Shown here in pieces: positions 31,397 to 42,373 of a stretch of DNA of 64,000 nucleotides. The stretch covers positions 726-64,725 of the forward strand of contig NZ_JAABQC010000002.1 in the NCBI RefSeq assembly GCF_011391645.1, read 5' to 3'. How positions within the stretch are numbered: the first letter of the stretch is position 1; every line of letters starts with the position of its first letter. Origin of the DNA: Rhodoferax sp. GTDB lineage: Bacteria > Pseudomonadota > Gammaproteobacteria > Burkholderiales > Burkholderiaceae_C. The notes under the pieces are model-generated. The model did no database searches. It was not told the DNA's origin and worked only from the letters and a program-made list of their open reading frames with translations. Both the position numbers and the translations under genes were made by a program.

Positions 31397-33553
31397 CTAC
31401 TTCTCGGTCATCACGATCAGGTTGCCTGTCTGATTTTCTCGCAGCCGCTGCAGGTGCAATTTGACCAGCGGATCCATCGGCCGCTCCAGGGCCAGTTGCT
31501 CAAAGGCGGCGCGCGCCGCCAATGGGTCCTGAGTCAACAAGGCATAGGCTGCAGCATATTGCGGATCATCCGGCGACGCGCCCGGGATCTCCAAACCTTC
31601 GTGGATGGGTTGAAACACCATCAGCGGCTTCGACTTGCCTTTGAGCACCAGTTGACCCACAGGGCGGGTCACCACCCCGGTGCAGCCCGACAAGGTTGCC
31701 TCGGAGACACACACCCGCGTGCCCAGATGCTTGTTGACTGCTTCAAGGCGCGATGCGGTGTTGACCGGGTCTCCGAGCGCACGGTAATCAAAGATGGTTG
31801 AACCACCAAAATTACCGACAATGACTTCACCCGTGTGAATTCCGATGCGGGTATGGCCAAAAGGGATGCCTTTGGCTTGCAAGTCACCTGCATACTTGGT
31901 GGCAAAGCGCTGCATGGCCAACGCGCAGTTCAGCGCCCGCTGCCGGTGATCGGGCTGGTGCACTGGCGCCGAAAACATGATGGCCACCGCGTCGCCGACA
32001 ATCCGGTCCAGCGTGCCGTTGAATTGAAATGCAATGGCGATCATTTCATCCAGATAGGCATTCAGCAGCGCGACCGCGTCCGCTGGATCGATCTTTTCCA
32101 TCAGGCTGGTGAAACCCGCCAGATCGGTAAAGATAAAGCTGCATTCCTGACGTTTGCCGCCAAGTTCAAGTTCTGCCGGATGGTCCACGATGTAGGACAC
32201 CAGATTGGGAGACACATAACGTGAAAAGGCCTGTTTGACAAAGCGCTGGCTTCGTTCGCTGGAAAAATGGTGCATCAAACTTGACAACAGGAAGGCAGCA
32301 AAAATACCCAACGCGGGCGTGACCGGGTCCAGCAGCAACTGGTAATCGGTAAAGGCCACCCAGCCACCCCAGATAATGCCCGCAATCACCCCCAGCGTGA
32401 GTAACGCGGAGGCGACTGCTCCGGTCACCAGCCCCAGAATTGCCAGCGTCATGCTGCCGATGATGATGGTCAATGCCTCAATCGAATTGGCCCAGGCCGG
32501 CCGTTGCAGGAAACTGTCGGTCAGCACCTGCTCCATCATCTGAGCGTGCGCCTCGACCCCCGGCATGACGCCGCCCAGCGGGCTGAAGCGCAAGTCCATC
32601 AGCCCCTGCGCCGAGGTTCCGACCAGCATCAGATTGCCCTGCAACTCGGCATCGGGGATTTCTCCCGCCAAAATTCTCCAGGCCGCAATGGTGCGCTCCT
32701 TGACCGGCCTGGTGTAATACACCCACGATTCGCCTGCGGCGGTAGTGGGCACCGTGAATTGGCCGATCTTCACCTCTGTCATGCCAACGCCCGGGGTTTC
32801 GGAGGTGCGCACCATGTAGTTTTGCGCGCCCTGACCAACCCGCAACACCTCGGCCGCCAGCGAAGGCACCAGGGTGTCGCCCAGGCGCAGCAGCAACGGC
32901 ACACGGCGCACCACGCCGTCAGTGTCCGGAACAAAGGTCATGACACCATTGCCTGCAGCCGCTGCGCTCAGCAGGGGCAAGGACGGCACGGCACTGGCAA
33001 AAGCATGGGCAAAGGGCAGCGCCGGCTCGCCCATCATCACGTAACGGTACTTCTCGTCGGCCAGGGTCGCCCCCCTGGCTCCCTGGCGCTCCAGGGCATA
33101 ACCAAGCACCACGCCGCCGGGCTTCAGGGCAGCGGCAAGCAGCTCATCGTGATCAGGCAGGCTGGCAACGCTGCGCTGCGCTCTGGCAGGCAGGTTCCAA
33201 ATGCCCAGCATGGCTTTGGGCGAGGTGCGGTCCGGCTCGGCAAACAGCACGTCGAAGCCGACAGCCGCCACCTCGGCCTGGCGCAGTCGCTCCACCAGTT
33301 CGGCAATCCGGCTGCGCGGCCAGGGCCATTGGCCGATTCGGGTGAGGCTTTCCTCATCGATATCGATGATCCGCACCGGCGCCGGCTGGTAGACCCGCGG
33401 ACGCGCCTGCTGGTACTGGTCAAAGACCGAATTACGCAGGGTTTGCAATAGCGGCGGGTCGATCAACAGCAGCGCCGCGCCGATGAACACTGCCAGCGTT
33501 GGCACCAGCATGTTCAAGCTCAGGGTAAACCAGCGGCGCAGCTTTTTGATCAT
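31397..33553 (-). CDS. CHASE2-domain membrane-bound class III nucleotide cyclase
   Basis: TM; CHASE2 (IDIDEESL..GQWPWPR, GVEAHAQ); 3 TMs; cyclase domain (FTDLAGFT, GDAV, RIGIHTG, VNTASRLE). Confidence 0.9.
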   Translation of the reverse strand: MIKKLRRWFTLSLNMLVPTLAVFIGAALLLIDPPLLQTLRNSVFDQYQQARPRVYQPAPVRIIDIDEESLTRIGQWPWPRSRIAELVERLRQAEVAAVGFDVLFAEPDRTSPKAMLGIWNLPARAQRSVASLPDHDELLAAALKPGGVVLGYALERQGARGATLADEKYRYVMMGEPALPFAHAFASAVPSLPLLSAAAAGNGVMTFVPDTDGVVRRVPLLLRLGDTLVPSLAAEVLRVGQGAQNYMVRTSETPGVGMTEVKIGQFTVPTTAAGESWVYYTRPVKERTIAAWRILAGEIPDAELQGNLMLVGTSAQGLMDLRFSPLGGVMPGVEAHAQMMEQVLTDSFLQRPAWANSIEALTIIIGSMTLAILGLVTGAVASALLTLGVIAGIIWGGWVAFTDYQLLLDPVTPALGIFAAFLLSSLMHHFSSERSQRFVKQAFSRYVSPNLVSYIVDHPAELELGGKRQECSFIFTDLAGFTSLMEKIDPADAVALLNAYLDEMIAIAFQFNGTLDRIVGDAVAIMFSAPVHQPDHRQRALNCALAMQRFATKYAGDLQAKGIPFGHTRIGIHTGEVIVGNFGGSTIFDYRALGDPVNTASRLEAVNKHLGTRVCVSEATLSGCTGVVTRPVGQLVLKGKSKPLMVFQPIHEGLEIPGASPDDPQYAAAYALLTQDPLAARAAFEQLALERPMDPLVKLHLQRLRENQTGNLIVMTEK

Positions 33554-33581
33554 AAGAAAATACCCAGCCGCAGAGACTGGG
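33554..33581 (-). terminator. Probable terminator hairpin after the tRNA
   Basis: Minus strand CCCAGTC-TCTGC-GGCTGGG followed by TATTTTCTT. Confidence 0.5.
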
Positions 33582-33589
33582 GCAGATGG

Positions 33590-33668
33590 TGGTGGGCCCC
33601 CCGTGAGTCGAACACGGCACCAATGGATTATGAGTCCACTGCTCTAACCAAGCATGAGCTAGGGGCCC
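33590..33668 (-). tRNA. tRNA with CAT anticodon, most likely tRNA-Ile2 (lysidine-modified); often annotated tRNA-Met
   Basis: GGGCCCCTAGCTCATGCTTGGTTAGAGCAGTGGACTCATAATCCATTGGTGCCGTGTTCGACTCACGGGGGGCCCACCA folds as a cloverleaf. The G1-C72 pair excludes initiator tRNA; the sequence resembles the ileX type. Confidence 0.9.
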
Positions 33669-33692
33669 GATCGCGTGGTGGATTGTAAGGGG

Positions 33693-34697
33693 CTACTTAT
33701 GGTGGCTCAGCGCGTTGCTGACCAATTTGGAAGTGATGTCCACAATCTGGATCATGCGGTCGTAGGCCATGCGGGTCGGGCCGACCACACCCAGCGTGCC
33801 CACGATCTGGCCGTCCACCTCGTAGGGTGCGCTGACGATGGACAGGTCTTCAAACGGCACCACCTTGCTTTCACCACCAATAAAAATACGCACGCCCTCG
33901 GCCTGGCCGGTCACGTCGAGCAGGCGCATCAATTGCGCCTTTTGCTCAAACAGATCAAAGGCACGACGCAGATGGCTCATGTCATTGGAAAAATCACTGA
34001 CCGACAGCAGATTTCTTTCACCAGAAATGATCACCTCATCCTGCGCTTCTGTCATGGCCTCCGAGTTGGCTGCCACGGCGGCGTTCATCAGGCTGGCAAT
34101 CTCCGCGCGCAAGTTGTCGACCTCATTTTTCAGCCGCTCGCGCACCTGCTCTATGGCCAGACCGACGAAATGGGTGTTCAGATAGTTGGCCGCCTCGACC
34201 AGTTGGCCCTGGGCGTAGTCCACTTCAGTAAAGATGACCCGGTTTTGCACATCACCCTCCGGCGAGACAATGATCACCAGCAGACGCCGCTCGGACAACC
34301 TCAAAAACTCGATATGTCTGAACACCGAGGTACGCTTTGGAGCAATGACCACGCCCACAAACTGCGACAGGCTCGACAGCAGGTTAGCCGCGTTGGAGAT
34401 CACCTTTTGCGGTTGGTCGTGCGCCAGGCTCGGTGTGCCGATCTGGCCCCGCTGAACCGTGAGCATGGTGTCAACAAACAGGCGGTAGCCACGCGCCGTG
34501 GGAATGCGCCCGGCCGAGGTGTGGGGGCTGGCGATCAGACCCAGTTCCTCCAGATCCGACATCACGTTGCGGATGGTCGCCGGCGACAATTCCAGACCGG
34601 ATGCACGCGACAAGGTGCGCGAACCCACGGGCTGGCCGTCGGCAATGTAGCGTTCCACCAGCGCTTTGAGTAATAACTTGGCACGATCATCGAGCAT
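33693..34697 (-). CDS. hrcA: Heat-inducible transcription repressor
   Basis: [36 protein letters not shown] and GPTRMAY motifs. Confidence 0.95.
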   Translation of the reverse strand: MLDDRAKLLLKALVERYIADGQPVGSRTLSRASGLELSPATIRNVMSDLEELGLIASPHTSAGRIPTARGYRLFVDTMLTVQRGQIGTPSLAHDQPQKVISNAANLLSSLSQFVGVVIAPKRTSVFRHIEFLRLSERRLLVIIVSPEGDVQNRVIFTEVDYAQGQLVEAANYLNTHFVGLAIEQVRERLKNEVDNLRAEIASLMNAAVAANSEAMTEAQDEVIISGERNLLSVSDFSNDMSHLRRAFDLFEQKAQLMRLLDVTGQAEGVRIFIGGESKVVPFEDLSIVSAPYEVDGQIVGTLGVVGPTRMAYDRMIQIVDITSKLVSNALSHHK

Positions 34698-34725
34698 GAT
34701 TTCATTTTAGTGATGTAATTTGCAA

Positions 34726-35628
34726 ATGAAGTCCAAATTCCATCATGTTGCCTTGATCGGCAAATACCAGACCACCTCGGCAAGCACCAGCGGCGCCAAC
34801 TCGCGCGCGGCCTTGTTGGCGGTGGCGCATTTCATGAATGACCAGGGCTGTGATGTTTCGCTTGAAAAAGATACCGCGCTCAACATGGGCCTTACCGACT
34901 TCCCAGCCTTGAGCGTGGCACAAATTGGCAGCCAATGTGATTTGGGACTGGTCGTCGGGGGGGATGGCACCATGCTCGGCATCGGCCGCCAAATGGCGCC
35001 TTACGGTGTGCCGCTGATCGGCATCAACCAGGGTCGACTGGGCTTTATCACCGATGTGCCTTATGGCAGCTTTGCCACTCATCTTGCGCAAATGTTGCGT
35101 GGCGCCTACGTCGAAGACCATCGCAGCCTGATCAACGCCCAGGTGCTGCGCGACGGCCATTGCGTTTACCAGGCCACGGCCATGAACGACGTGGTGGTCA
35201 ACCGGGGGGCAACTTCGGGCATGGTGGAACTGCGGGTGGAGGTGGACGGCCACTTTGTCGCCAACCAGCGCGCCGATGGCCTGATCATTGCCACGCCCAC
35301 CGGTTCCACCGCTTACGCGCTGTCCTCTGGCGGTCCGCTGATCCACCCTTCGATTCCAGGCTGGGTGATGGTGCCGATTGCGCCGCACACCTTGTCAAAC
35401 CGACCCATCGTGCTGGCCAACAGTGCCAAAATCGCCATCGAAATCGTTTCAGGCCGGGATGCCAGCGCCAGTTTTGACACGCAGTCGCTGGCCTCGCTGA
35501 TGCATGGCGACCGGATTGAGGTCACCCGCTCCAAGCACCATGTGCGCTTTTTGCATCCGCAGGGCTGGTCATACTTCGACACGCTGCGCGAAAAACTGCA
35601 TTGGAATGAAGGAGTGGCTGTCACGTGA
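34726..35628 (+). CDS. nadK: NAD kinase
   Basis: [16 protein letters not shown] and TPTGSTAY motifs. Confidence 0.95.
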   Translation: MKSKFHHVALIGKYQTTSASTSGANSRAALLAVAHFMNDQGCDVSLEKDTALNMGLTDFPALSVAQIGSQCDLGLVVGGDGTMLGIGRQMAPYGVPLIGINQGRLGFITDVPYGSFATHLAQMLRGAYVEDHRSLINAQVLRDGHCVYQATAMNDVVVNRGATSGMVELRVEVDGHFVANQRADGLIIATPTGSTAYALSSGGPLIHPSIPGWVMVPIAPHTLSNRPIVLANSAKIAIEIVSGRDASASFDTQSLASLMHGDRIEVTRSKHHVRFLHPQGWSYFDTLREKLHWNEGVAVT

Positions 35629-37277
35629 GCCTGAAACGCATGGTGCTGCGGGACTTTGTCATCGTCAGCGAACTGGACCTTGAATTTGGCAATCAATTTA
35701 CCGTGTTGACGGGTGAAACCGGCGCCGGCAAGTCGATCCTGATTGATGCCCTGCAACTGGTCACCGGTGGCCGCGCCGACGTGAACCTGATCCGCGAAGG
35801 ATGCAGCCGCTGTGAAGCAAGCGCTGAATTTGACAGCACCCCCGGTGTCAGGCAGTGGCTGGAAGAGGCCGGGTTCGAGCCAGATGTCACTTTGTTGCTG
35901 CGCCGCACGCTCGATGCCCAGGGCAAAAGCCGTGGCTGGATCAACGGCAGCCCGGCCACCGCCAGTCAACTGCGCAACCTGGGCGAGCAACTGCTCGACA
36001 TCCACGGCCAGCATGCCTGGCAAAGTCTGACCCGCCCGGAGGCGGTGCGCTGTCTGCTTGACGCCTATGCCCAGGTTTCCAGCACCGCGGTCGCCGAAAA
36101 ATGGCAGCTGTGGCGCAGTGCGCAAAACCAACTGGCGCAGGCGCTGGCCTCACAGGATGTGCTGCTGCGCGAGCGCGAGCGCCTGACATGGCAAATTGGC
36201 GAGCTTGACAAGCTCGCCCCTGCGCCAGAAGAGTGGCCCGCGCTCAACACCGAGCACACCCGACTGGCCCATGCTCAGGCCCTGCTCGATGCCGCCCAGG
36301 CGGCTGCCCTGACCCTGGACGAAGACGATGGCAACGCGATTGAACGTTTGAGCCATGCCTGCCAACTGCTGCAGCAACAGGAACAGTTGGAGCCAGCTTT
36401 CAAAAATTTGACCGAGGTGCTGACCTCAAGCCTGGCGCAAGTGCAAGACACTGCACACGCGCTGCGCAGCTACTTGCGCAAGACCGAGCTGGACCCGGAG
36501 CGGCTCGCCGAGTTGGATGAGCGCATGGGTCTGTGGCTGTCGCTGGCACGGCGTTACAAGCGCAGTCCGCACGAATTGCCGGAGTTGCTCGCGAGTTGGC
36601 AACAGGAACTGGCGCAACTTGATGCCGCGGCCGATCGACAAGGGCTGGAAAACGCCGTCGCAGCGACTTGGCAGGCCTATGCGCATGAGGCCAAAATATT
36701 GACCCGGGCGCGCAACACGAGTGCGCCTGCACTGGCCCGCGCGATCACACTCGCCATGCAGGGCCTGGGCATGCAGGGCGGGCAATTTGAAGTGCGTTTG
36801 CTGCCCGCAGAACAGCCACTGCAAAGCGGGCTCGAAGAAGTGACGTTTTTGGTCGCGGGTCACGCGGGCAGCACACCACGGGCGGTCAACAAGGTGGCCT
36901 CCGGCGGCGAACTGTCGCGCATCGCGCTGGCCATCGCCGTCACCACCAGCCAGTTGGGTGCGGCCCAAACGCTGATTTTTGACGAGGTGGATGCCGGTGT
37001 GGGCGGCGCGGTGGCTGAAACCGTGGGTGCGCTCATGAAGCAGTTGGGCCAGGACCGCCAGGTGCTGGCTGTCACGCATTTGCCGCAAGTGGCGGCCTGC
37101 GCTGATCACCATCTGGTGGTGCGCAAACAACTTCAGGATGGCGTTACGCTGAGCTCTGTGAACGCGGTCGAAAATGAATCCCGCGTTGCCGAACTGGCCA
37201 GGATGCTCGGTGGCGAGCGCCTGCTGAGCAGCACGCTGTCGCATGCGCGTGAAATGCTGCAAGTCCAAACACCCTGA
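35625..37277 (+). CDS. recN: DNA repair protein RecN
   Basis: [29 protein letters not shown] and THLPQVAA motifs. Confidence 0.95.
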   Translation: MSLKRMVLRDFVIVSELDLEFGNQFTVLTGETGAGKSILIDALQLVTGGRADVNLIREGCSRCEASAEFDSTPGVRQWLEEAGFEPDVTLLLRRTLDAQGKSRGWINGSPATASQLRNLGEQLLDIHGQHAWQSLTRPEAVRCLLDAYAQVSSTAVAEKWQLWRSAQNQLAQALASQDVLLRERERLTWQIGELDKLAPAPEEWPALNTEHTRLAHAQALLDAAQAAALTLDEDDGNAIERLSHACQLLQQQEQLEPAFKNLTEVLTSSLAQVQDTAHALRSYLRKTELDPERLAELDERMGLWLSLARRYKRSPHELPELLASWQQELAQLDAAADRQGLENAVAATWQAYAHEAKILTRARNTSAPALARAITLAMQGLGMQGGQFEVRLLPAEQPLQSGLEEVTFLVAGHAGSTPRAVNKVASGGELSRIALAIAVTTSQLGAAQTLIFDEVDAGVGGAVAETVGALMKQLGQDRQVLAVTHLPQVAACADHHLVVRKQLQDGVTLSSVNAVENESRVAELARMLGGERLLSSTLSHAREMLQVQTP

Positions 37278-37283
37278 GACCAC

Positions 37284-38174
37284 ATGACAAAGCCACCCCT
37301 AAAAATGCACCTGGTATTGATCACTGGCATGTCGGGCTCGGGCAAGTCAGTGGCACTCAATGCGCTGGAAGACCTGGGTTTTTACTGCGTGGACAACCTG
37401 CCCCCCGAACTGCTGATGCCGCTGATCAAGCTGGAACGTTCTTACCATGCCAGCCAATTGGCGGTTGCCATGGATGTGCGCAGTGCCGGGTCCTTGCCGC
37501 TCGTTCCCAGCCAGCTGGCCCAGCTCAAGGCACAGGGTTTGCAGGTGGATTCCATTTTTCTGGATGCCAGCACCGAGACCCTGATGCGCCGCTTTTCCGA
37601 AACGCGCCGGCGTCACCCCTTGTCCAAAACCGACACCCCGGATCGCAGCCACGACCAGCACTGGGGACTGGCTGAAGCCATTGAACTTGAACGTGAACTG
37701 CTCAGCGAACTGCGTGCCGGCTCCCATGTGATCGACACCAGCATCATCAGACCGACACAGTTGCAGGGCTACGTCAAGTCCTTCATCAATGCCCCGGACG
37801 ATCAATTGACCCTGGTCTTTGAATCCTTTGCCTTTAAGCGCGGTGTTCCCAACGATGCCGATTTTGTTTTTGACGTGCGCATGCTGCCCAACCCGCACTA
37901 TGAACCAGGGCTGCGCGAACTCACCGGGTGCGACGCCCCGGTGGTTGAATTTCTGCAGCAGCAGGCCGATGTGAAGCGCATGCTGGACCATATCCATGCT
38001 TTTCTGGATCACTGGCTGGAGGCAATGGTGCGCAATCACCGCAGTTATGTGACCGTTGCCATCGGCTGCACTGGTGGCCAGCATCGCTCGGTCTATCTGG
38101 TGGAGCAGCTGAATGCACTTTTCGAGCGGCGCTGGAGCACGCTCAAGCGGCACCGTGAACTGGCGATGCGCTAA
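37284..38174 (+). CDS. rapZ: RNase adapter RapZ
   Basis: [33 protein letters not shown] and GCTGGQHRS motifs. Confidence 0.9.
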   Translation: MTKPPLKMHLVLITGMSGSGKSVALNALEDLGFYCVDNLPPELLMPLIKLERSYHASQLAVAMDVRSAGSLPLVPSQLAQLKAQGLQVDSIFLDASTETLMRRFSETRRRHPLSKTDTPDRSHDQHWGLAEAIELERELLSELRAGSHVIDTSIIRPTQLQGYVKSFINAPDDQLTLVFESFAFKRGVPNDADFVFDVRMLPNPHYEPGLRELTGCDAPVVEFLQQQADVKRMLDHIHAFLDHWLEAMVRNHRSYVTVAIGCTGGQHRSVYLVEQLNALFERRWSTLKRHRELAMR

Positions 38175-39214
38175 GCCTGTTGATGCTTGGTCAACAATTT
38201 TTTGATGGGTGCGGGCAAGCCGAGTTGCGCCAGTTGGGCGCCGTCAAACCACTGCCCCTCAAGCGGCAGCGCTTGCCGCCCTGGCAAGCCGAGCCATACC
38301 GGGTGCAAATACAAGTCCTTGTGGGTCAGCACATGCTTGAAAGGCGGCAGGTCCTGCAGCCCGGATTCGTTTTCAGGTCCGGCGACAGCCCTCAATGCCT
38401 CACGCTCCTCAAACAAGGGCATGCAATACAAGCCCGCCCAGACACCGGGAGTGGGCCGCTGACTCAGCCAGACCGAATCGTCAGCAGCGACCACCCATAA
38501 CAGCCAGATTGACTGGGCGCTGCGCTTGAGTTTGCGCGTTTTGTTGGGGAATTTTTCGGGCGAGCCCAAGTCGTTGGCAACACAGCGGGATGCCAACGGG
38601 CAGGCCACACAAGCCGGCTTTTTGGAGGTGCAAAGGGTCGCACCCAGGTCCATCATGCCCTGGGTGTAGCGCGCCATGTTGCCCAGAGTGGGGTGGCCAG
38701 GCAAAAGTTTTGTCGCCAAGTCCCACAGACGCCGCTCGTTCGCGGACTGGGCCAGATCATCCGCAAATCCCAGGTAGCGGGTCAGCACCCTTTTCACGTT
38801 GCCGTCCAGAATCGCCACCCGTTGGCCAAAGCACAGGGCAGCAATGGCTGCCGCGGTGGAGCGGCCGATGCCTGGCAAGGTTTGCAGTTGCTCAGCGGCT
38901 TCTGGAAAGCGGCCACCATGCAAACGCACCACATCCTGGGCGCAGCGGTGCAGATTGCGGGCGCGGCTGTAGTAACCCAGTCCCGCCCACAGATGCAGCA
39001 CATCATCCAGCGGTGCCTGCGCCAGCGCCTGCACATCGGGGAAACGTGCCAAAAAACGGCCAAAGTAGGCTTGCACTGTGATCACCTGCGTTTGTTGCAG
39101 CATGATCTCCGAAAGCCAGACACGGTATGGGTCGCGGGTGTTTTGCCATGGCAAATCATGCCGGCCCGATTGCGCTTGCCAGCGCACAACTTGCGTTGCC
39201 AAAAAACCATCCAT
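38171..39214 (-). CDS. mutY: A/G-specific adenine glycosylase
   Basis: [34 protein letters not shown] and the 4Fe-4S Cys cluster. Confidence 0.95.
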   Translation of the reverse strand: MDGFLATQVVRWQAQSGRHDLPWQNTRDPYRVWLSEIMLQQTQVITVQAYFGRFLARFPDVQALAQAPLDDVLHLWAGLGYYSRARNLHRCAQDVVRLHGGRFPEAAEQLQTLPGIGRSTAAAIAALCFGQRVAILDGNVKRVLTRYLGFADDLAQSANERRLWDLATKLLPGHPTLGNMARYTQGMMDLGATLCTSKKPACVACPLASRCVANDLGSPEKFPNKTRKLKRSAQSIWLLWVVAADDSVWLSQRPTPGVWAGLYCMPLFEEREALRAVAGPENESGLQDLPPFKHVLTHKDLYLHPVWLGLPGRQALPLEGQWFDGAQLAQLGLPAPIKKLLTKHQQA

Positions 39215-39238
39215 CAGAACAAACTCAATGGAGTCATG

Positions 39239-40054
39239 TCAGGTCTTCTGACAGGTGGCACAGTAAAACGTCGAACGCTGACCCTGCTTGATCTGGCGCA
39301 CCGGGCTGGCGCACACATGACATGGCATGCCGGCGCGTCCATAGACCATGGTCTGCAACTGGAAGTAGCCCGCCTGGCCACTGGCACTGGAAAAATCACG
39401 CAGCGTGCTGCCGCCCTGCTCCACCGCGCGGCTCAAAACATTCACAACCGCTTCGTGAAGTCGTGCCACCCTGGCGCGGCTCAGCCGAGCTGCCGACACG
39501 GTGGGGCGGATACCCGCCAGAAACAACGCCTCGGACGCATAGATATTGCCCACACCCACCACCGCCTCACCGGCCAGCAACACCGACTTGATGGCGGCCT
39601 TGCGGCCCTTGAGTTGCCGCTGAAACTGCGCCAGTTCAAAGGCGTCAGACAAGGGCTCCGGCCCCAAGTGCCCAAGCAGCTTTTGCGCCACCGGATCGGC
39701 CAGGCTGTCGGCATAAACCACCGCGCCAAAACGGCGTGGATCGTGCAGACGCAGCGTGCCGCGCGTGGTGACCAGTTCAAAATGATCATGTGTACCCATG
39801 GCGGGCAAGTCGGTGGCAAAGCGCAGGCTGCCGGACATCCCCAAATGCACCAGCAACACGCCAGGGTCAAGCTGAATCAGCAAATACTTGCCGCGTCGCC
39901 CGACCGACATCACAGATCGACCGACCAAAAGTTCAGGCGCGCATCCGAGCGGCCAACGCAGGGGTTTTCCAGACCGGGCAGCCAGCACGGTGGCATTTTC
40001 TATGGCGAGGGCAAAACTTCGCCGGGTGACTTCAACTTCGGGTAATTCAGGCAT
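39239..40054 (-). CDS. mutM: Formamidopyrimidine-DNA glycosylase
   Basis: [20 protein letters not shown] and the C-terminal zinc finger. Confidence 0.95.
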   Translation of the reverse strand: MPELPEVEVTRRSFALAIENATVLAARSGKPLRWPLGCAPELLVGRSVMSVGRRGKYLLIQLDPGVLLVHLGMSGSLRFATDLPAMGTHDHFELVTTRGTLRLHDPRRFGAVVYADSLADPVAQKLLGHLGPEPLSDAFELAQFQRQLKGRKAAIKSVLLAGEAVVGVGNIYASEALFLAGIRPTVSAARLSRARVARLHEAVVNVLSRAVEQGGSTLRDFSSASGQAGYFQLQTMVYGRAGMPCHVCASPVRQIKQGQRSTFYCATCQKT

Positions 40055-40074
40055 CGCATTTTTTTCTGACGGAC

Positions 40075-41829
40075 ATGAATTATTATGACCACATGCGTCA
40101 CATCTATCGTCTCTTGTCTGCTTTGCTCTTGGCTGGCTGGTTCAGCGCTCAGGCACAAACACCCGCTCCTCCCGAAACACCAGCCCAAAGCTCGGCGCTC
40201 GACAGCGCCCTTTTTTACCAAGTGTTGCTAGGTGAACTCAGCGCCCAAGCCCAGGAGCCCGCGGCGGCTTTTTCTTTGCTGCTCGATGCCGCACGCAAGA
40301 CCGGCGATGAGGCCCTTTTCATGCGGTCAGTGCAGGTCGCGATACGGGCCCGTTCGGGCGACTCTGCCCTGCAGGCGGCCAAGGCCTGGCGCGAGGCCAA
40401 GCCAATGTCGCAGGAAGCCAACCGCTTTGTGCTCCAGATACTGTTGAGCATGAATCGAGTGCCTGACACGCTGGAGCCTCTCAAACGCCTGCTGACGCTG
40501 ACGCCCCAACGGGAACTTGTGGACACGATCTGGGCCATTCCTACTCTCTTTGAACGTGTCAGCGAAAAGCAACTGGCTGCCTTGGTGGTGCAAAAAGCCT
40601 TGACACCCATGCTGAGCGACACTGCCTTGGGTGCCACGGCCTGGGCGACACTGGGCCGCATGTGGGTCAATGCCGGCGACCTGGTGGCAGCCCTGCGTGC
40701 TGCTGAAAAGGGGCAGACCTTCTCGGTGCACCAGGATCACCCGGCCTGGTTGGCGCTGAGCCTGATGCGGGCCGATGTGAGCCAGGCCGAAAGCCTGGTC
40801 AAGATTCACCTCGCGAACGCCGCCAGTACCGAATTTCGCATGGCTTACGTGCAAACGCTGCTGCTGGCCAAACGCAACGCCGAAGCCAGCGCTGAGCTGC
40901 GCAACATCAATCTTCAGCAACCCGACTATGCGCCGGCCTGGCTGCTAGAGGGTGTGGTGAATCTGCAAATGCAGCAATGGGACACAGCAGAAAGCCACTT
41001 TTTACACTACATTGAACTGATGAAAGCGCCAGCAGCGGCGCAAACAGACACACTGTCACCCCGTGGCCTGTCGCAGGCTTACCTGTCGCTGGCACAAATT
41101 GCAATGCAACGCAAAGACTTGCAGCAAGCGCAGGACTGGTTGCAACGCGTCGATCATCCCGACGACCTCTTGACGGCCCAACTCAGGCGTGCCAATTTGA
41201 TGGTCAGGCAAGGCAGGATGGAAGAAGCGCTGGCACTGATTCATGGTCTGCCAGAGCGTTCAGCCACGGATGCACGACTCAAGCGCGGGGCAGAAGTACA
41301 AATTCTGCGCGACCAAAAGCAGTTCGCCCGGGCCCGAAAACTGCTCGAAACAGCCTTGGCCGACAACCCGGAAGATACCGATGTGGTCTATGAGCTTGCT
41401 TTGCTGGCTGAAAAAATGGGCGATTTAGCGGAGATGGAACTGCTCCTGCGGCGCCAAATCGCACTCAAGCCGGATGATGCCCAAGCCTACAACGCCCTGG
41501 GTTATGCACTGGCTGACCGCAATTTGCGCTTGCCTGAGGCCCGTCAACTGATAGAAAAGGCCCTGGCGCTCGCCCCTGGCGATCCTTTTATTGTTGACAG
41601 CCTGGCCTGGGTGGCGTTTCGCATGGGACAGACCGAGGAAGCGCTGCGGTTGTTGCGCAGCGCCTACAGCCAAAAACCCGACACCGAAATCGCGGCCCAT
41701 CTGGGTGAAGTATTGTGGGTCACGGACCAACGCGAAGAGGCACTGAAATTCTGGCGTGAGGGTTTTCAGGCCAACCCTGACAACGACACCTTGAACGAGA
41801 CACTGCAACGTCTGCGTGTCAAGCTGTGA
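40075..41829 (+). CDS. Exported tetratricopeptide-repeat protein
   Basis: Signal peptide, [15 protein letters not shown] and [11 protein letters not shown]; conserved position before lolB-ispE. Confidence 0.85.
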   Translation: MNYYDHMRHIYRLLSALLLAGWFSAQAQTPAPPETPAQSSALDSALFYQVLLGELSAQAQEPAAAFSLLLDAARKTGDEALFMRSVQVAIRARSGDSALQAAKAWREAKPMSQEANRFVLQILLSMNRVPDTLEPLKRLLTLTPQRELVDTIWAIPTLFERVSEKQLAALVVQKALTPMLSDTALGATAWATLGRMWVNAGDLVAALRAAEKGQTFSVHQDHPAWLALSLMRADVSQAESLVKIHLANAASTEFRMAYVQTLLLAKRNAEASAELRNINLQQPDYAPAWLLEGVVNLQMQQWDTAESHFLHYIELMKAPAAAQTDTLSPRGLSQAYLSLAQIAMQRKDLQQAQDWLQRVDHPDDLLTAQLRRANLMVRQGRMEEALALIHGLPERSATDARLKRGAEVQILRDQKQFARARKLLETALADNPEDTDVVYELALLAEKMGDLAEMELLLRRQIALKPDDAQAYNALGYALADRNLRLPEARQLIEKALALAPGDPFIVDSLAWVAFRMGQTEEALRLLRSAYSQKPDTEIAAHLGEVLWVTDQREEALKFWREGFQANPDNDTLNETLQRLRVKL

Positions 41830-42332
41830 TCATCCATCGCGCGGCATGGCTGCTCGGCCTGTTCATGCTATTTTCGATGACTGGTTGTGCCACGACCAGC
41901 CGAACCCAGGACGAGATAAGCGCTCAAGTCACAAGCTGGAGCGGCCGGCTGTCAGTGCGGGTGGATGCCACGCCATCACAGGGTTCCCAGTCGTTTTCGT
42001 CTTCATTTGAATTGCAAGGCAAACCCGAGCTGGGGCAATTGCGATTTTTCACGCCTCTGGGCAGCACCGCTGCGGCCATCATCTGGTCGCCCCTGCAGGC
42101 ACAACTGCAGACCGGTGGTGAAATCAGGTATTTCAACAATGTCGCTGAACTGATCGAGCAAGTACTTGGAACCGCCGTTCCGCTGTCAGCGCTGTTTGCA
42201 TGGTTGACCGGCGACCCTTCAGGCGTGGACGGTTGGAAAGTGGATCATTCACAGTTTGACTCTGGCAAAATTGTGGCGCAGCGCATCAACCCCGCCCCGC
42301 GCGCCGAAATCCGGGTCTTGCTCGAGCGGTGA
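41826..42332 (+). CDS. lolB: Lipoprotein insertase LolB
   Basis: Lipobox MTGC, WSGRLSV and TPLGSTAA; precedes ispE. Confidence 0.75.
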   Translation: MIIHRAAWLLGLFMLFSMTGCATTSRTQDEISAQVTSWSGRLSVRVDATPSQGSQSFSSSFELQGKPELGQLRFFTPLGSTAAAIIWSPLQAQLQTGGEIRYFNNVAELIEQVLGTAVPLSALFAWLTGDPSGVDGWKVDHSQFDSGKIVAQRINPAPRAEIRVLLER

Positions 42333-42373
42333 TCGCCCACAGCGGGTGCCTGATCTGAATCCACAGAATTTTC

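Noticed and set aside
31397-33553. Pycsar-type anti-phage system
   Set aside because: The cyclase is a CHASE2 membrane sensor, not a small soluble PycC, and there is no cNMP-TIR or cNMP-2TM effector. A defence role is not supported, although the nucleotide product remains open.
33587-33593. Genome-encoded CCACCA at the tRNA end as a degradation tag
   Set aside because: The acceptor stem is fully paired and the extra CCA would be trimmed as trailer; three bases can match by chance.
33669-34725. CIRCE operator near hrcA
   Set aside because: No TTAGCACTC-N9-GAGTGCTAA was seen in the flanking regions.
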